A DNA stretch of 64,000 bases from an uncultured Acidimicrobiaceae bacterium (GTDB lineage: Bacteria > Actinomycetota > Acidimicrobiia > Acidimicrobiales > RAAP-2), in assembly GCA_963756195.1 (NCBI GenBank), contig CAVWMT010000006.1, positions 82,206 through 146,205 on the forward strand. The letters are read 5' to 3'. Below the pieces are notes generated by a model. It made no database searches. It was given only the letters and a program-made list of their open reading frames with translations, and was not told where the DNA came from. Shown here in pieces: positions 51,936-61,194 of the stretch. How positions within the stretch are numbered: position 1 is the first letter of the stretch; each line of letters starts with the position of its first letter. The position numbers and the translations under genes were made by a program.

Positions 51936-52048
51936 AGGCTGAGAGGCACGCTCGCGACTCGAGACCACCGACGACTAGCTTCCCGCGTGGCGGTGGCCGC
52001 CTTACTGCCTGCTGCCCTGCCGACTTACCTTCGTACCGAGGGGACCAA

Positions 52049-52549
52049 ATGCCTCAGGCCACCATTCTCGACCGCCCGCTCGACCTCCTGAAGGTCGACT
52101 TCGCCCCGAGGCATCGCCAGCCATCACCGTTCCGCTGCGTGGTGGCGACGGTCCTCGCCCTCGCCGGATCGCTGATCGCCGACGCCGCTTTGGTGGCCAT
52201 CGGCACCCACGTCTTCCCGTCGACCAAGGGCTATGTGCACTTCCGCTTCGCCGACTATGCCAGGCTGACCGTGATCGGGGTACTCATCGCCTGTGTCGCC
52301 TGGCCGATCGTCACCCGCATCAGCTCGGCCCCGCGATGGTTGTTCCTCCGGCTGGCCGTCCTGGTGACCTTGGGGCTGTTCCTGCCCGACTTCTACATTC
52401 TGAGCAAGGGGTCGAGCGGGGAAGCGGTGGCCGTGCTCATGTCGATGCATGTGGCTATCGCGTTGGTGACCTACAACCTGCTGGTCCACTTGGCGTCCGT
52501 CGGTCCACCGGTCCGTCTCCGATCGGTTTCGAGTCCGGCCCCTCAGTGA
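52049..52549 (+). CDS. Hypothetical 4-TM membrane protein
   Basis: 166 aa with RBS gagggga. TM segments: FRCVVATVLALAGSLIADAALVAIG; LTVIGVLIACVAWPIV; WLFLRLAVLVTLGLFLPDFYIL; AVLMSMHVAIALVTYNLLV. Confidence 0.55.
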   Translation: MPQATILDRPLDLLKVDFAPRHRQPSPFRCVVATVLALAGSLIADAALVAIGTHVFPSTKGYVHFRFADYARLTVIGVLIACVAWPIVTRISSAPRWLFLRLAVLVTLGLFLPDFYILSKGSSGEAVAVLMSMHVAIALVTYNLLVHLASVGPPVRLRSVSSPAPQ

Positions 52550-52574
52550 CGCCGAGTTCCACCCAGCCAAGGCT

Positions 52575-52631
52575 GCTGAGAACGACCTCCAAAGCTGAGA
52601 ACAGCCGCCAAAGCTGAGAACAGCCTGAGGA
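52575..52631 (+). repeat. Three tandem 19-bp units, each starting GCTGAGAAC
   Basis: Units: 52575 gctgagaacgacctccaaa; 52594 gctgagaacagccgccaaa; 52613 gctgagaacagcctgagga. The last unit runs into the gaggagg RBS of the next gene. Confidence 0.85.
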
Positions 52632-52644
52632 GGCCGCCCGCGCT

Positions 52645-54021
52645 TTGACCCGCCGGCTGCGCAGGCCCCCGGTACCCTCGGCCCATGCCACTTCGCCCGG
52701 CGGTCACGCCATGGCGGAGTCCACGAACGGGGCCTGTCCGGACTGGTTGCGTACTGATGCTCCCCGAACGTTGGAGCCGAGGCTGACAACCACGAAGGCG
52801 CCTGGCGACACCAAAGCCGATGGTCGCATCCGAGCGGGCACCAGGCTGAGCCAGCCCGCGGGCGCGGCCTCTCGGCGGACGTTCCGCCGACGGAGAATCA
52901 TGGTCGTCACCGCACTCGTGCTCGTCCCCGTGCTCATCTGGCTCGGGGTCTCGCTGGGCACTGCGCTCACCAATCCGGCCGACGGAAGCTCACTCAGCGC
53001 TCGCTTCGCCGAGTGGGCGCGCCAGAACCACGGCGGCGGCGTCGCGAACTGGATCGAGAACGAGTGGTACTCGCACCACCCACCCCCGGTAGGCGGCAAG
53101 CCCCCACTCGGAGCCATTGTCCGACCCAAGGCGGCACCAAAGGTGGCACCAAAGGTGGCGGCCAGCGCGCCAACCCACCTGCCAGCCCCGGCCCCTCTCA
53201 CCCCGTTGGCGAGCCCACCCATCCCCGGCGAGGGACAGTGGTCGCCGGCGGGCCGGCCCGTCGACGGGATTCCCGCCCTCTACGAGACGCGGCTGCGGCC
53301 CGACGCCGTGCACACCAGCGAGGTGGTGGGGGTGGCTTGGATGGACACGGATCTGTTGCACGCAACGCTGTACTCGGGCAGCCAGATCCCCGGTGGCGGC
53401 CCCTATAGCCACACCGCGCCCATCCTCCCCACCGCCGCCACCCGATTGGTGGCGGCGTTCAACGCCGGGTTCCTCCTGTCCCAGTCCAACGGCGGCTACT
53501 TCACCGACGGTCGCGCCATCGTGCCCCTGGTCAACGGAGCTGCGTCGTTCGTTGTCGACAAGAACGGATCGGCCACGGTGGGCCAATGGGGGCGCGACGT
53601 CACCCTGACCCCGGCAGTGGCCTCGGTCCGTCAGAACCTCGATCTCCTGGTCGACAACGGGCAGCCGGTACCCGGATTGGAAGCCAGCGACGCCACCCAG
53701 TGGGGCAACACCCTCGGGGGTGCGGTGTATGTCTGGCGCTCGGGACTGGGGGTCACGGCCGACGGTGCCCTCGTCTACGTGGGTGGGCCGGCGCTCAACA
53801 TCACTGACCTGGCCAACCTGTTGGTCGACGCCGGTGCGGTGCGGGCCATGGAGCTCGACATCAACACCGATTGGGTGAACTTCGCCACCTACGACCCGCC
53901 CCCCGGCGCGGCGTCGTCACCGGCCAACGGGACCGACCTCCTCCCGACGATGGTCGGTGCACCGGGACGGTACTTCGAGTCGTGGTGGGCTCGTGACTTC
54001 ATCACCATGTCCGCAGCATGA
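52645..54021 (+). CDS. Phosphodiester glycosidase family (DUF2233/NAGPA-like) protein with an N-terminal TM anchor
   Basis: TM is IMVVTALVLVPVLIWLGVSLG. The C-terminal domain reads VAAFNAGFLLSQSNGGYFTDGR ... RSGLGVTADGALVYVGGPALNITDLANLLVDAGAVRAMELDIN. The start is uncertain (TTG 52645 or ATG 52711). Confidence 0.7.
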   Translation: MTRRLRRPPVPSAHATSPGGHAMAESTNGACPDWLRTDAPRTLEPRLTTTKAPGDTKADGRIRAGTRLSQPAGAASRRTFRRRRIMVVTALVLVPVLIWLGVSLGTALTNPADGSSLSARFAEWARQNHGGGVANWIENEWYSHHPPPVGGKPPLGAIVRPKAAPKVAPKVAASAPTHLPAPAPLTPLASPPIPGEGQWSPAGRPVDGIPALYETRLRPDAVHTSEVVGVAWMDTDLLHATLYSGSQIPGGGPYSHTAPILPTAATRLVAAFNAGFLLSQSNGGYFTDGRAIVPLVNGAASFVVDKNGSATVGQWGRDVTLTPAVASVRQNLDLLVDNGQPVPGLEASDATQWGNTLGGAVYVWRSGLGVTADGALVYVGGPALNITDLANLLVDAGAVRAMELDINTDWVNFATYDPPPGAASSPANGTDLLPTMVGAPGRYFESWWARDFITMSAA

Positions 54022-54192
54022 GGGTGGGGTGAACCCTGCCAGCGATCAGTAGTTGGCGAGCAGCGGGCGGTACCGCGATGGACGATCATGAGAGGGAGAT
54101 GGAACTCGCCAATACTCGGGTCACCTGGCAGGCCGGCCCCCGGTGGCGCACCACCCCCGGTCGGCTCATCGCAGGACACTGAGGCTCCGCCC

Positions 54193-54870
54193 ATGCGCAT
54201 CCTGGTGGTCGAGGACGAGGAGCACCTGGCCGAAGCACTTGTCGCGGGCCTGGGAGCAGAGGGCTACACCGTGGACGTCGCGCCCAACGGGCCCGACGGG
54301 CTGGAGTCAGCCCGCTCCAACGACTACGACCTCATCCTGCTCGACATCCTGCTCCCGGGACTCAACGGCTACAAGGTCTGCGACGCTCTGCGCGCCGAGG
54401 AGAACTGGACACCCATCATCATACTCACGGCTAAGGAAGGAGAGTTCGACGAAGCCGAGGGGCTCGACACCGGTGCAGACGACTTCATCACCAAGCCGTT
54501 CTCCTTCGTGGTACTCCTGGCCCATATCCGGGCGCTCCTCCGGCGGGGACGTTCACCACGACCGCCGATCCTGCGAGCGGGCGACCTCGAGCTCGACCCG
54601 GCCGAGCACAGGTGCCGGCGCGGTGACACCCAAATCGAACTGACGTCCCGGGAGTTCGCAGTCCTCCATTACCTCATGCGTTCCGCTGGCGAGGTGGTGT
54701 CCAAAGGTGACCTACTGGTCCACGTCTGGGGTGAGCGATTCGAAGGTGACCCCAACATCGTGGAGGTCTACGTCGGCTACTTGCGCAAGAAGATCGACCA
54801 ACGCTTCGGACGAGCCTCGCTGGAGACCGTCCGCGGTAGCGGATATCGCCTCGATGCCAGCGGGGGATAA
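54193..54870 (+). CDS. OmpR/PhoB-family response regulator
   Basis: MRILVVEDEEHLAEAL, DLILLDILLPGLNG (phospho-Asp), ILTAKEGE, winged-helix end VRGSGYRL. Confidence 0.93.
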   Translation: MRILVVEDEEHLAEALVAGLGAEGYTVDVAPNGPDGLESARSNDYDLILLDILLPGLNGYKVCDALRAEENWTPIIILTAKEGEFDEAEGLDTGADDFITKPFSFVVLLAHIRALLRRGRSPRPPILRAGDLELDPAEHRCRRGDTQIELTSREFAVLHYLMRSAGEVVSKGDLLVHVWGERFEGDPNIVEVYVGYLRKKIDQRFGRASLETVRGSGYRLDASGG

Positions 54871-56380
54871 CGCACCACCGCCGAATGGAGGCAAAAGCGG
54901 CTCCTCCCGGCGGCGGGCGCTCTCATCCGTCCGAGTCCGGGTGACCGTGGTGGCCTTGCTGGCCATCAGTGTCACCTTCGCCCTTGGGGGGCTCGCCCTC
55001 GAATGGCAGCTCCAACGTTCGGCGATCGGGAACGTGGAGAACCTCGTCGTCACCGAAGCAGGCGACATCGGTGGACTCATCGCCAAGGGACCGCTGCCGA
55101 ACCGACTGATCGCCGATCGCCCGGGAATGGACATCCAGGTCGTCGGCACCGGACATCGCGTCCTGAGCGCCACCGCCGACCTCGCGGGGAAGCCGCCCGT
55201 CTCGGACGTGCAGCCAGGCGCCGGCACCGAGATCCACCTCAGCGGTCTGGAGATCTTCCCCGGTGACGACGATCCCGATGTCGGAGTCGCACTCGGGATC
55301 CGTACTCCCGCCGGCCTGCGCATCGTTTATGTCGTCTCCACCACCGAGCAAGCAGAGGACTCCGTCCACTCATCGGTTCTCCCACTGGTGGCCGTGCTGC
55401 TCGGTCTCCTGGCGGTGGCCGGCGTCGCCGCCTGGTCCCTCACCGGGCGCGCGTTGCGGCCCGTCGAGCGGATCCGTGCCCAGGTGGCGCAGATCTCGGG
55501 TGGCGACCTCCACCAACGGATCACCGAGCCACCGGTCGACGACGAGGTCGGTCGGCTGGCCCGGACCATGAACCGGATGCTGGCCAGGATCCAGTCGGCG
55601 GCCGACCGCCAGACGCAGTTCGTCTCCGATGCCTCGCACGAGCTGCGCAGCCCTCTCGCCGCCCTGCTGGCCGAGCTCGAGGTGGCCCGTGGCCACCCGG
55701 AGAGCGCCGACTGGCCTACCGTCGCCGATGCGGCCATGGCCGACGGCGTCCGGCTGCAGCGCATCGTCGAGGACCTGTTCTTGTTGGCCCGAAGCGACGA
55801 AGACCATCTCATCCCTCGACACGAGCAAGTCGACCTCGACGAGCTGGCTTTGGCCGAGGGCGAGCGACTCCGATCGAGAGGACGGGTTGAGGTCGACCTC
55901 CGGGCAGTCGGAGCGACACGTGTCACCGGAGACCGGGATCTCCTCAGTCGACTGGTGCGCAATCTGGCCGAGAACGCGGAACGCCACGCCTCGGGCGTCG
56001 TCTCCTTCGAGGCCGGCTTTCACGGGGCCTGGGCCGAGCTCGTCGTGGCCGACGACGGCCCCGGGATCCCGGCGGACAAGCGGGAGTGGGTGTTCGAACG
56101 TTTCGCCCGGCTCGACGAGGGGCGAGGCCGGGGGGCGGGAGGCACCGGCCTCGGATTGGCCATCGTCGGCGAGATCGCCAAAGCCCACCACGGATGGGTG
56201 CGAGTCGCCGATAGCCCAACCGGGACACGGATGGAGTTGCGAATCCCGGCCGAGGACACGGACTCGATCGCCGGTCCGGTCGCGTCCGTCGACACTTCCA
56301 CCGGCTCCCCACCGCCGGTGGACCCGCCCGGACCTGACTGCGCCGGAGATGCTGACGCCTTTACCTCGTTCTTACCCTGA
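54854..56380 (+). CDS. Sensor histidine kinase (2 TM, HAMP, HisKA, HATPase_c)
   Basis: ATG 54854 overlaps the RR gene end. H-box is FVSDASHELRSPLAAL, N-box is LVRNLAENAERH, G-boxes are DDGPGIP and GGTGLGLAIV. Confidence 0.92.
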   Translation: MPAGDNAPPPNGGKSGSSRRRALSSVRVRVTVVALLAISVTFALGGLALEWQLQRSAIGNVENLVVTEAGDIGGLIAKGPLPNRLIADRPGMDIQVVGTGHRVLSATADLAGKPPVSDVQPGAGTEIHLSGLEIFPGDDDPDVGVALGIRTPAGLRIVYVVSTTEQAEDSVHSSVLPLVAVLLGLLAVAGVAAWSLTGRALRPVERIRAQVAQISGGDLHQRITEPPVDDEVGRLARTMNRMLARIQSAADRQTQFVSDASHELRSPLAALLAELEVARGHPESADWPTVADAAMADGVRLQRIVEDLFLLARSDEDHLIPRHEQVDLDELALAEGERLRSRGRVEVDLRAVGATRVTGDRDLLSRLVRNLAENAERHASGVVSFEAGFHGAWAELVVADDGPGIPADKREWVFERFARLDEGRGRGAGGTGLGLAIVGEIAKAHHGWVRVADSPTGTRMELRIPAEDTDSIAGPVASVDTSTGSPPPVDPPGPDCAGDADAFTSFLP

Positions 56381-56389
56381 AGGGGCAAT

Positions 56390-57493
56390 GTGATGGACGT
56401 GGCTGTCGACCAGGGGCACCGGCGGACCGGTGACGGATCCAGTCACCCAGCTGGAGCAACGCCAACCGACCACGTTCGACACCGTGCCGGGAGAGAGCCG
56501 GGTGCGCTCGTCTGCAGCTGGCGAGTCTGGGGAGCACGGGCCACGCTCGGAGTGACCGTCGGGGCGCAGCTGCACCGCGCTCGGCTGATCGTCGATGAGG
56601 TGGTGGCGGCCATCGATCGTGCCTGCAACCGCTTCGTGCCGGACAGCAACATCTCCTGCTGCAACCGAGAGGCCGGTCGATGGGTGACAGCCAGCCCGAC
56701 CTTCCTCGAAGCGCTGGACGTCGCTCTCGCCGCCGCACGCGACACCGGTGGCGTGGTGGATCCGACGGTCGGAAGCGCACTCGTCGCCCTCGGCTACGAC
56801 CGGGACTTCGATCAACTGCTCGCATCGGAGCCCGAGGCGCGGCGACTGCCGCCGGGCCGCGCGGCCGGCTGGGAACGAGTGGAGATCGACCGGCGGGGTA
56901 GCCGGGTGCGCGTTCCGCCCGGCACCTCGTTGGACCTCGGCGCCACCGCCAAGGCCCTGTGCGTGGACCGGGCCACAGGTCTGGTCACGCTGCGGCTCGG
57001 GATCGGCGTGCTGGTCGACATCGGGGGTGACCTGGCCGTCGCCGGCGAGCCGGCGCCGGGTGGCTGGAACATCGCCGTCCAGGAGAGCTCACAGGAGGCG
57101 GGTGGCGACCCCGACTGCGTCGTCGCCGTCTCCGACGGAGCACTCGCTAGCTCGGGAACGACCGTCCGGCGCTGGAAGGTCGGGGGCACGCCGGTGCACC
57201 ACATCATCGATCCGAGAACCGGTGAGCCGGCCCCGCCGGTGTGGCGAATGGTGACGGTGTCGGCACCCACCTGTGTGGAGGCCAATGTGGCCGCCACTGC
57301 TTCGATCGTGTGGGGCAGACACGCGCTTCGTGAACTCGGACGTCGTGCACGCCCGGCCCGGCTGGTCGATTCCGACGGCGGCGTCACTGCGATCGGCGGC
57401 TGGCCCGAGGAACCGGCCAGGCCGAGAAGTTTCGTACCTCCCGATCGCCCCCCCAACCTGGCCCCGGTCGACGGAGGCACCCATGACGATTGA
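56390..57493 (+). CDS. apbE: FAD:protein FMN transferase (ApbE family)
   Basis: Lies 10 nt after the kinase stop. Contains VDPTVGSALVALGYDRDF, LDLGATAKA, GDLAVAG, SSGTTVRRW and HHIIDPRTGEP. Confidence 0.85.
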   Translation: MMDVAVDQGHRRTGDGSSHPAGATPTDHVRHRAGREPGALVCSWRVWGARATLGVTVGAQLHRARLIVDEVVAAIDRACNRFVPDSNISCCNREAGRWVTASPTFLEALDVALAAARDTGGVVDPTVGSALVALGYDRDFDQLLASEPEARRLPPGRAAGWERVEIDRRGSRVRVPPGTSLDLGATAKALCVDRATGLVTLRLGIGVLVDIGGDLAVAGEPAPGGWNIAVQESSQEAGGDPDCVVAVSDGALASSGTTVRRWKVGGTPVHHIIDPRTGEPAPPVWRMVTVSAPTCVEANVAATASIVWGRHALRELGRRARPARLVDSDGGVTAIGGWPEEPARPRSFVPPDRPPNLAPVDGGTHDD

Positions 57494-57698
57494 GCGACGC
57501 ATACAGATCGACCCCGTGGCCTGTGACGGCTTCGGGCACTGTGCCGAGCTGCTGCCCGAGCTCATCGAGCTCGACGAGTGGGGCTACCCGGTCATCGACG
57601 GTCGCCCGGTTCCCGACCGCCTCATCTCCGAGGCTGAGCGCGCCGTCCGGGCCTGCCCTCGTCAAGCCCTTCGTCTCAGGCGCTCTCGCCTCAAGTGA
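57483..57698 (+). CDS. Small ferredoxin (single-cluster, Fer4_13/15-like)
   Basis: 71 aa, overlapping the apbE end by 11 nt. Contains IDPVACDGFGHCAELLPE...AVRACP. Confidence 0.7.
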   Translation: MTIERRIQIDPVACDGFGHCAELLPELIELDEWGYPVIDGRPVPDRLISEAERAVRACPRQALRLRRSRLK

Positions 57699-57740
57699 CT
57701 TCGCCCGCTCACGCCCCCTTCTGAGTTTTCGCGGAACTTT

Positions 57741-57776
57741 GTCAAGGTTTCCTCACGGGCGTCCGGAAACCTTGAC
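57741..57776 (+). terminator. Strong stem-loop, likely terminator of the RR-HK-apbE-ferredoxin operon
   Basis: Perfect 12-bp stem gtcaaggtttcc / ggaaaccttgac with a 12-nt loop. ggggtttt follows within 10 nt. Confidence 0.6.
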
Positions 57777-57788
57777 GATCCTGGGGTT

Positions 57789-58157
57789 TTGCCAAACACT
57801 CATAGCCACCACCCAGACACCTTCGACCCATCAAGGCGGAGGGGTGGTGTCCTCCCGGGACCAATCGACTACGTCTGCCTCTCCGACCGGATCCTCCGAC
57901 TCGAGGCGATGCTGGCCGGTGGGCTGGCCGCCTCGATGATCCTGATCACCTCGGCTGTCGCGGTGTGGTGGGGAGCAATGGCCACTGACGCGCCGTTCTT
58001 CCTCGACGCGACCGCGCCGGGACGACCGGCATCGCCGTTCTCGCCGGAACTGACTATGGCCATGGGACTCATGCTGGCTTCCCGCATCGTCGGCATCATC
58101 GGCGTGGTCCGCATGGTCACGGCATCGTCGAGGCTCGACCGGGCCTCGGCCGGCTGA
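57789..58157 (+). CDS. Hypothetical small 2-TM protein (start possibly ATG 57909)
   Basis: Codon third-position G/C becomes strong only after 57909 (MLAGGLAASMILITSAVAVWWG ... MAMGLMLASRIVGIIGVV). Confidence 0.4.
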   Translation: MPNTHSHHPDTFDPSRRRGGVLPGPIDYVCLSDRILRLEAMLAGGLAASMILITSAVAVWWGAMATDAPFFLDATAPGRPASPFSPELTMAMGLMLASRIVGIIGVVRMVTASSRLDRASAG

Positions 58158-58163
58158 CAGAGG

Positions 58164-58196
58164 GCCGGACCGACCAACTGATACGAGCGGTCCGGC
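58164..58196. terminator. Stem-loop between convergent genes (bidirectional terminator candidate)
   Basis: Perfect 9-bp stem gccggaccg / cggtccggc with a 15-nt loop. Confidence 0.45.
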
Positions 58197-58200
58197 GGTC

Positions 58201-58228
58201 CACGCGTTGGGTCACACGCGTTGGGTCA
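58201..58228. repeat. Perfect 14-bp tandem duplication (cacgcgttgggtca x2) that includes the gadB stop codon
   Basis: 58201-58214 is identical to 58215-58228. The gadB stop (tca on the + strand) is at 58226-58228. Confidence 0.9.
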
Positions 58229-59626
58229 GAGGTGACTGAAGCCGCCCGACTCCTCTTTGGTCATGGACACGGTGACCGGGTGGGACTCGAAGTGATCCAC
58301 CGAGTCCTTCATGTCGCCGAGGAGGATGGTGGCCAGGTCCCGGCTCACCCCCTGGCGGACGAGGATGCGCTGGACGGCGATGTCGGAAACCGACCCGGTG
58401 AGCGGATAAGCGGGCACCTGCCAGCCCCGGACGCGCAGCCGGTCGGCGATGTCGTAGAGCGAGTAACCGGGATCCTCGCCCTCCCGGATGCGCCAGGCCA
58501 CCGACGGGATGCCGGTTTGCGGATCTGACTGGCACAGCAGCTCGAAGGGGCCGAGCTCGACCACCTGCTCGGCCAAGAAGGCACCCGTCTCGTAGCAGGC
58601 CGAGTGCACGGCCCGGTAGCCGTCACGACCCAGGCGCACGAAGTTGTAGTACTGGGCCACGATCTGGCCGGCCGGGCGCGAGAAGTTGAGCTGGAACACG
58701 GGCATGTCGCCACCCAGGTAGGTGACGTGGAAGATGAGCTCCTCGGGCAGTTCGGCCTCGTCACGCCAGAGTGCCCACCCGACTCCGAGGGGAGCGAGGC
58801 CGAACTTGTGGCCCGAGGAGCTGATCGACTTGACCCTCGGCACTCGGAAGTCCCAGACGAGCTCGGGGGCGCAAAACGGGGCGAGAAAGGCACCGCTGGC
58901 CCCGTCCACGTGGATGTCGATGTCGAGCCCCTTTTCTTCCTGCAAGGCGTCGAGGGCCTCGGAGAGCTCGATCACCGGCTCATAAGCGCCGGTGTAGGTC
59001 ACGCCGAAGGTAGGGACGACCATGATGGTGTTCTCGTCCACCCGCTCGAGCATCTGCTCGGCGTCCATGCCGTAGCGGCCGGGAGACATCGGGATCTCGC
59101 GCATCTCGACGTCCCAGTAGCGGGCAAACTTGTGCCAGACGACCTGCACCGGCCCGCACACCATGTTGGGCTTGTCCGTCGGCTTGCCTGCCGCTTGCTG
59201 TCGCTTGCGCCACCGCCACTTGGCCGCCATCCCCCCGAGCATGCAGGCCTCGGAGGAGCCGATGGCCGAGCACCCGATAGGCGTCCCCGTCTTGGGGGCG
59301 TGCCAAAGATCGGCCAGCATCAGCACGCAGCGGCGCTCGATCTCAGCCGTCTGCGGGTACTCGTCCTTGTCGATCATGTTCTTGTCGATGGAGAGGGCCA
59401 TGAGGCGGAGGACCTCGGGCTCTTCCCAGGTCTGGCAGAAGGTGGCCAGGTTCTGGCGAGCGTTGCCGTCGAGCAGGATCTCGTCGGCCACCGCCCTGAG
59501 CGCCTGGTCGGGTCGCATCTCGTCTGCGGGGAAGCGATCGACGGGCAGGCACACGCCGAGCTCGCGGCCCGCGTAGGTCGAGTCGAGCACCTCATGGCGG
59601 GCGGAGGCGCTCCGGTGCAGGGTCAC
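58226..59626 (-). CDS. gadB: Glutamate decarboxylase (PLP-dependent)
   Basis: Intact 466 aa: [35 protein letters not shown] lysine in [18 protein letters not shown]. Confidence 0.93.
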   Translation of the reverse strand: MTLHRSASARHEVLDSTYAGRELGVCLPVDRFPADEMRPDQALRAVADEILLDGNARQNLATFCQTWEEPEVLRLMALSIDKNMIDKDEYPQTAEIERRCVLMLADLWHAPKTGTPIGCSAIGSSEACMLGGMAAKWRWRKRQQAAGKPTDKPNMVCGPVQVVWHKFARYWDVEMREIPMSPGRYGMDAEQMLERVDENTIMVVPTFGVTYTGAYEPVIELSEALDALQEEKGLDIDIHVDGASGAFLAPFCAPELVWDFRVPRVKSISSSGHKFGLAPLGVGWALWRDEAELPEELIFHVTYLGGDMPVFQLNFSRPAGQIVAQYYNFVRLGRDGYRAVHSACYETGAFLAEQVVELGPFELLCQSDPQTGIPSVAWRIREGEDPGYSLYDIADRLRVRGWQVPAYPLTGSVSDIAVQRILVRQGVSRDLATILLGDMKDSVDHFESHPVTVSMTKEESGGFSHL

Positions 59627-59731
59627 AGTCGTATCCTTTCTCCAAGGCGCTCCCCTTGGTGTTCCCGTTGGTGTGGGTCCTGCTGATCGTCGGGCCGGCC
59701 CTCGGGTTGCCCGGGCCTCGGCCGGTCGTCG

Positions 59732-61120
59732 TCAGACACCGACGGTTGCCTCGACGCGGCCATCGGCCGCCGCTTTGGCCAGCGCGTCGAAGTCGCGCTG
59801 GTTCTGTTCGGCGTAGGCGGCGGCGAACTCGACCATGGCCGCCACGAACCGGCCGCCCTTGCCCAAGTAGGAGGCGATGGCGATGGCGTCCCCGGACCGG
59901 GCATGGGCCCGGGCCAGTGTCCACCCGCACATCTCGCCGTAGAGGCCGAGCCGGTCGGGGTCGAGCAGGTCGACGTCGGCCGACGCCTTCCAGTCCCACA
60001 GCTGGCGCACGTAGAAGTCGCGGGCGACCCCGTCCACCCCGCGCACCCGGTCCCAGCCAAGGAAGATGTCACTTGCCCCCTGCATGAGGCGCTGGCCCTC
60101 GACCACCCGCTGTCCCTGGTTGACGAACTCGGAGGTGCCGAGATAGGACTCGGCCACCGCCCGGTCGGCCTCCTTGATCTGGAGCACGAGCGGATCGTCG
60201 TCATCGCGCCCGACGAAGAGGGCTACCCAGCAACGGGTGCCCACGCTGCCCACACCGACCACCTTGCGGGCCAGATCGCAGAATCGATAGCGGTCGAGCA
60301 GGTGCTGGCGGTCCCCCGAGAGGGTCGACTTGTAGGCAGCCAGCCCCTCGATCAGCTCGGTCACCGTCTCGTCGGACGGTTCATCGCCGAAGACGCCCTC
60401 CATGGGGATCATGAGTGGCGGGTCGTCGACGAAGCGGAGGCTGCCTCCGACCTCGACGGTGAGCTTGGCCACCGCGGCGAGATGGTCCTTCGAGCGAGCC
60501 TTGGCTGCCCGCCGGATGAAATCGTCGCGCAGCTGGGGGCCGGCCTGCGCTCCCCAGCGGGCCCGGATGGCATCGGCGTCGAGGCGCGAATACCAAGTGT
60601 CGAGGTTGCCCAACCCGGCGAACTCCCGCATGGCCGAGCGGTAGGTGCGGGCGGCGCGGGCGACGGCGTCGGATCGCTGCGGGTCCGAATGATTCCGGTC
60701 GCGGGCCACGACGTCGATGCTCGCTACCAGACGCTTCACATCCCACTCGAACGGGCCGGGGATGGTCTCGTCGAAGTCGTTGACGTCGAAGATGAGATCA
60801 CGCTCCGGCGAGGCGAACCCGCCGAAATTGCCGAGGTGGGCGTCCCCGCTGAGCTGGACCTCGAGGCCGGTACGGGGCAGAGGGGCGAGGTCGGCGGCCA
60901 TGACCGCCACCGCCCCCCGGAGGAAGGCGAACGGCGATGCCATCATCCGCCCGTAGCGGATGGGGACCAGGTTGGCCAGGCGCGTCGTGTCTTGGCGGGC
61001 GAGGGTGGCGAGGGGATCCCGCGTGGCGGCCGGCTCCCAACGGCCCAGCTCCGAACGGGGCGCCGTCGAGCGAGCTTGCCGTCCGCGGGCGGACCGTTCA
61101 GCTGGCGTCCCCGCGTCCAT
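59732..61120 (-). CDS. DUF2252-family protein (copy b, intact)
   Basis: 462 aa, collinear with copy a (VPIRYGRMMASPFAFLRGAVAVMAADLA; SGDAHLGNFGGFASPERDLIFDVNDFDET; VGVGSVGTRCWVALFVG; MCGWTLARAHARSGDAIAIASYLG). Confidence 0.8.
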   Translation of the reverse strand: MDAGTPAERSARGRQARSTAPRSELGRWEPAATRDPLATLARQDTTRLANLVPIRYGRMMASPFAFLRGAVAVMAADLAPLPRTGLEVQLSGDAHLGNFGGFASPERDLIFDVNDFDETIPGPFEWDVKRLVASIDVVARDRNHSDPQRSDAVARAARTYRSAMREFAGLGNLDTWYSRLDADAIRARWGAQAGPQLRDDFIRRAAKARSKDHLAAVAKLTVEVGGSLRFVDDPPLMIPMEGVFGDEPSDETVTELIEGLAAYKSTLSGDRQHLLDRYRFCDLARKVVGVGSVGTRCWVALFVGRDDDDPLVLQIKEADRAVAESYLGTSEFVNQGQRVVEGQRLMQGASDIFLGWDRVRGVDGVARDFYVRQLWDWKASADVDLLDPDRLGLYGEMCGWTLARAHARSGDAIAIASYLGKGGRFVAAMVEFAAAYAEQNQRDFDALAKAAADGRVEATVGV

Positions 61121-61194
61121 CGGGCCATCATCGCACCGGGCAACACCGGTCGCCCGGTCCGCCGGTCGGCCAGCGCCGCCGTTCCTGCGTCTGG

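Noticed and set aside
51851-51945. TPP (THI-box) or c-di-AMP (ydaO) riboswitch in the leader of ORF 52049. The strings gggggacc, gctgaag, gaacctga and ggctgagagg resemble THI-box pieces; gagaatcc and gggaacc resemble ydaO pieces.
   Set aside because: The pyrophosphate-sensor arm (gg.taatgcc.gcg) of the TPP riboswitch is absent. The order and spacing of ydaO elements (for example agctaac, and the second ggggt.aatc) do not fit. The resemblance rests on short GC-rich strings. Only an Rfam covariance-model scan could revive it.
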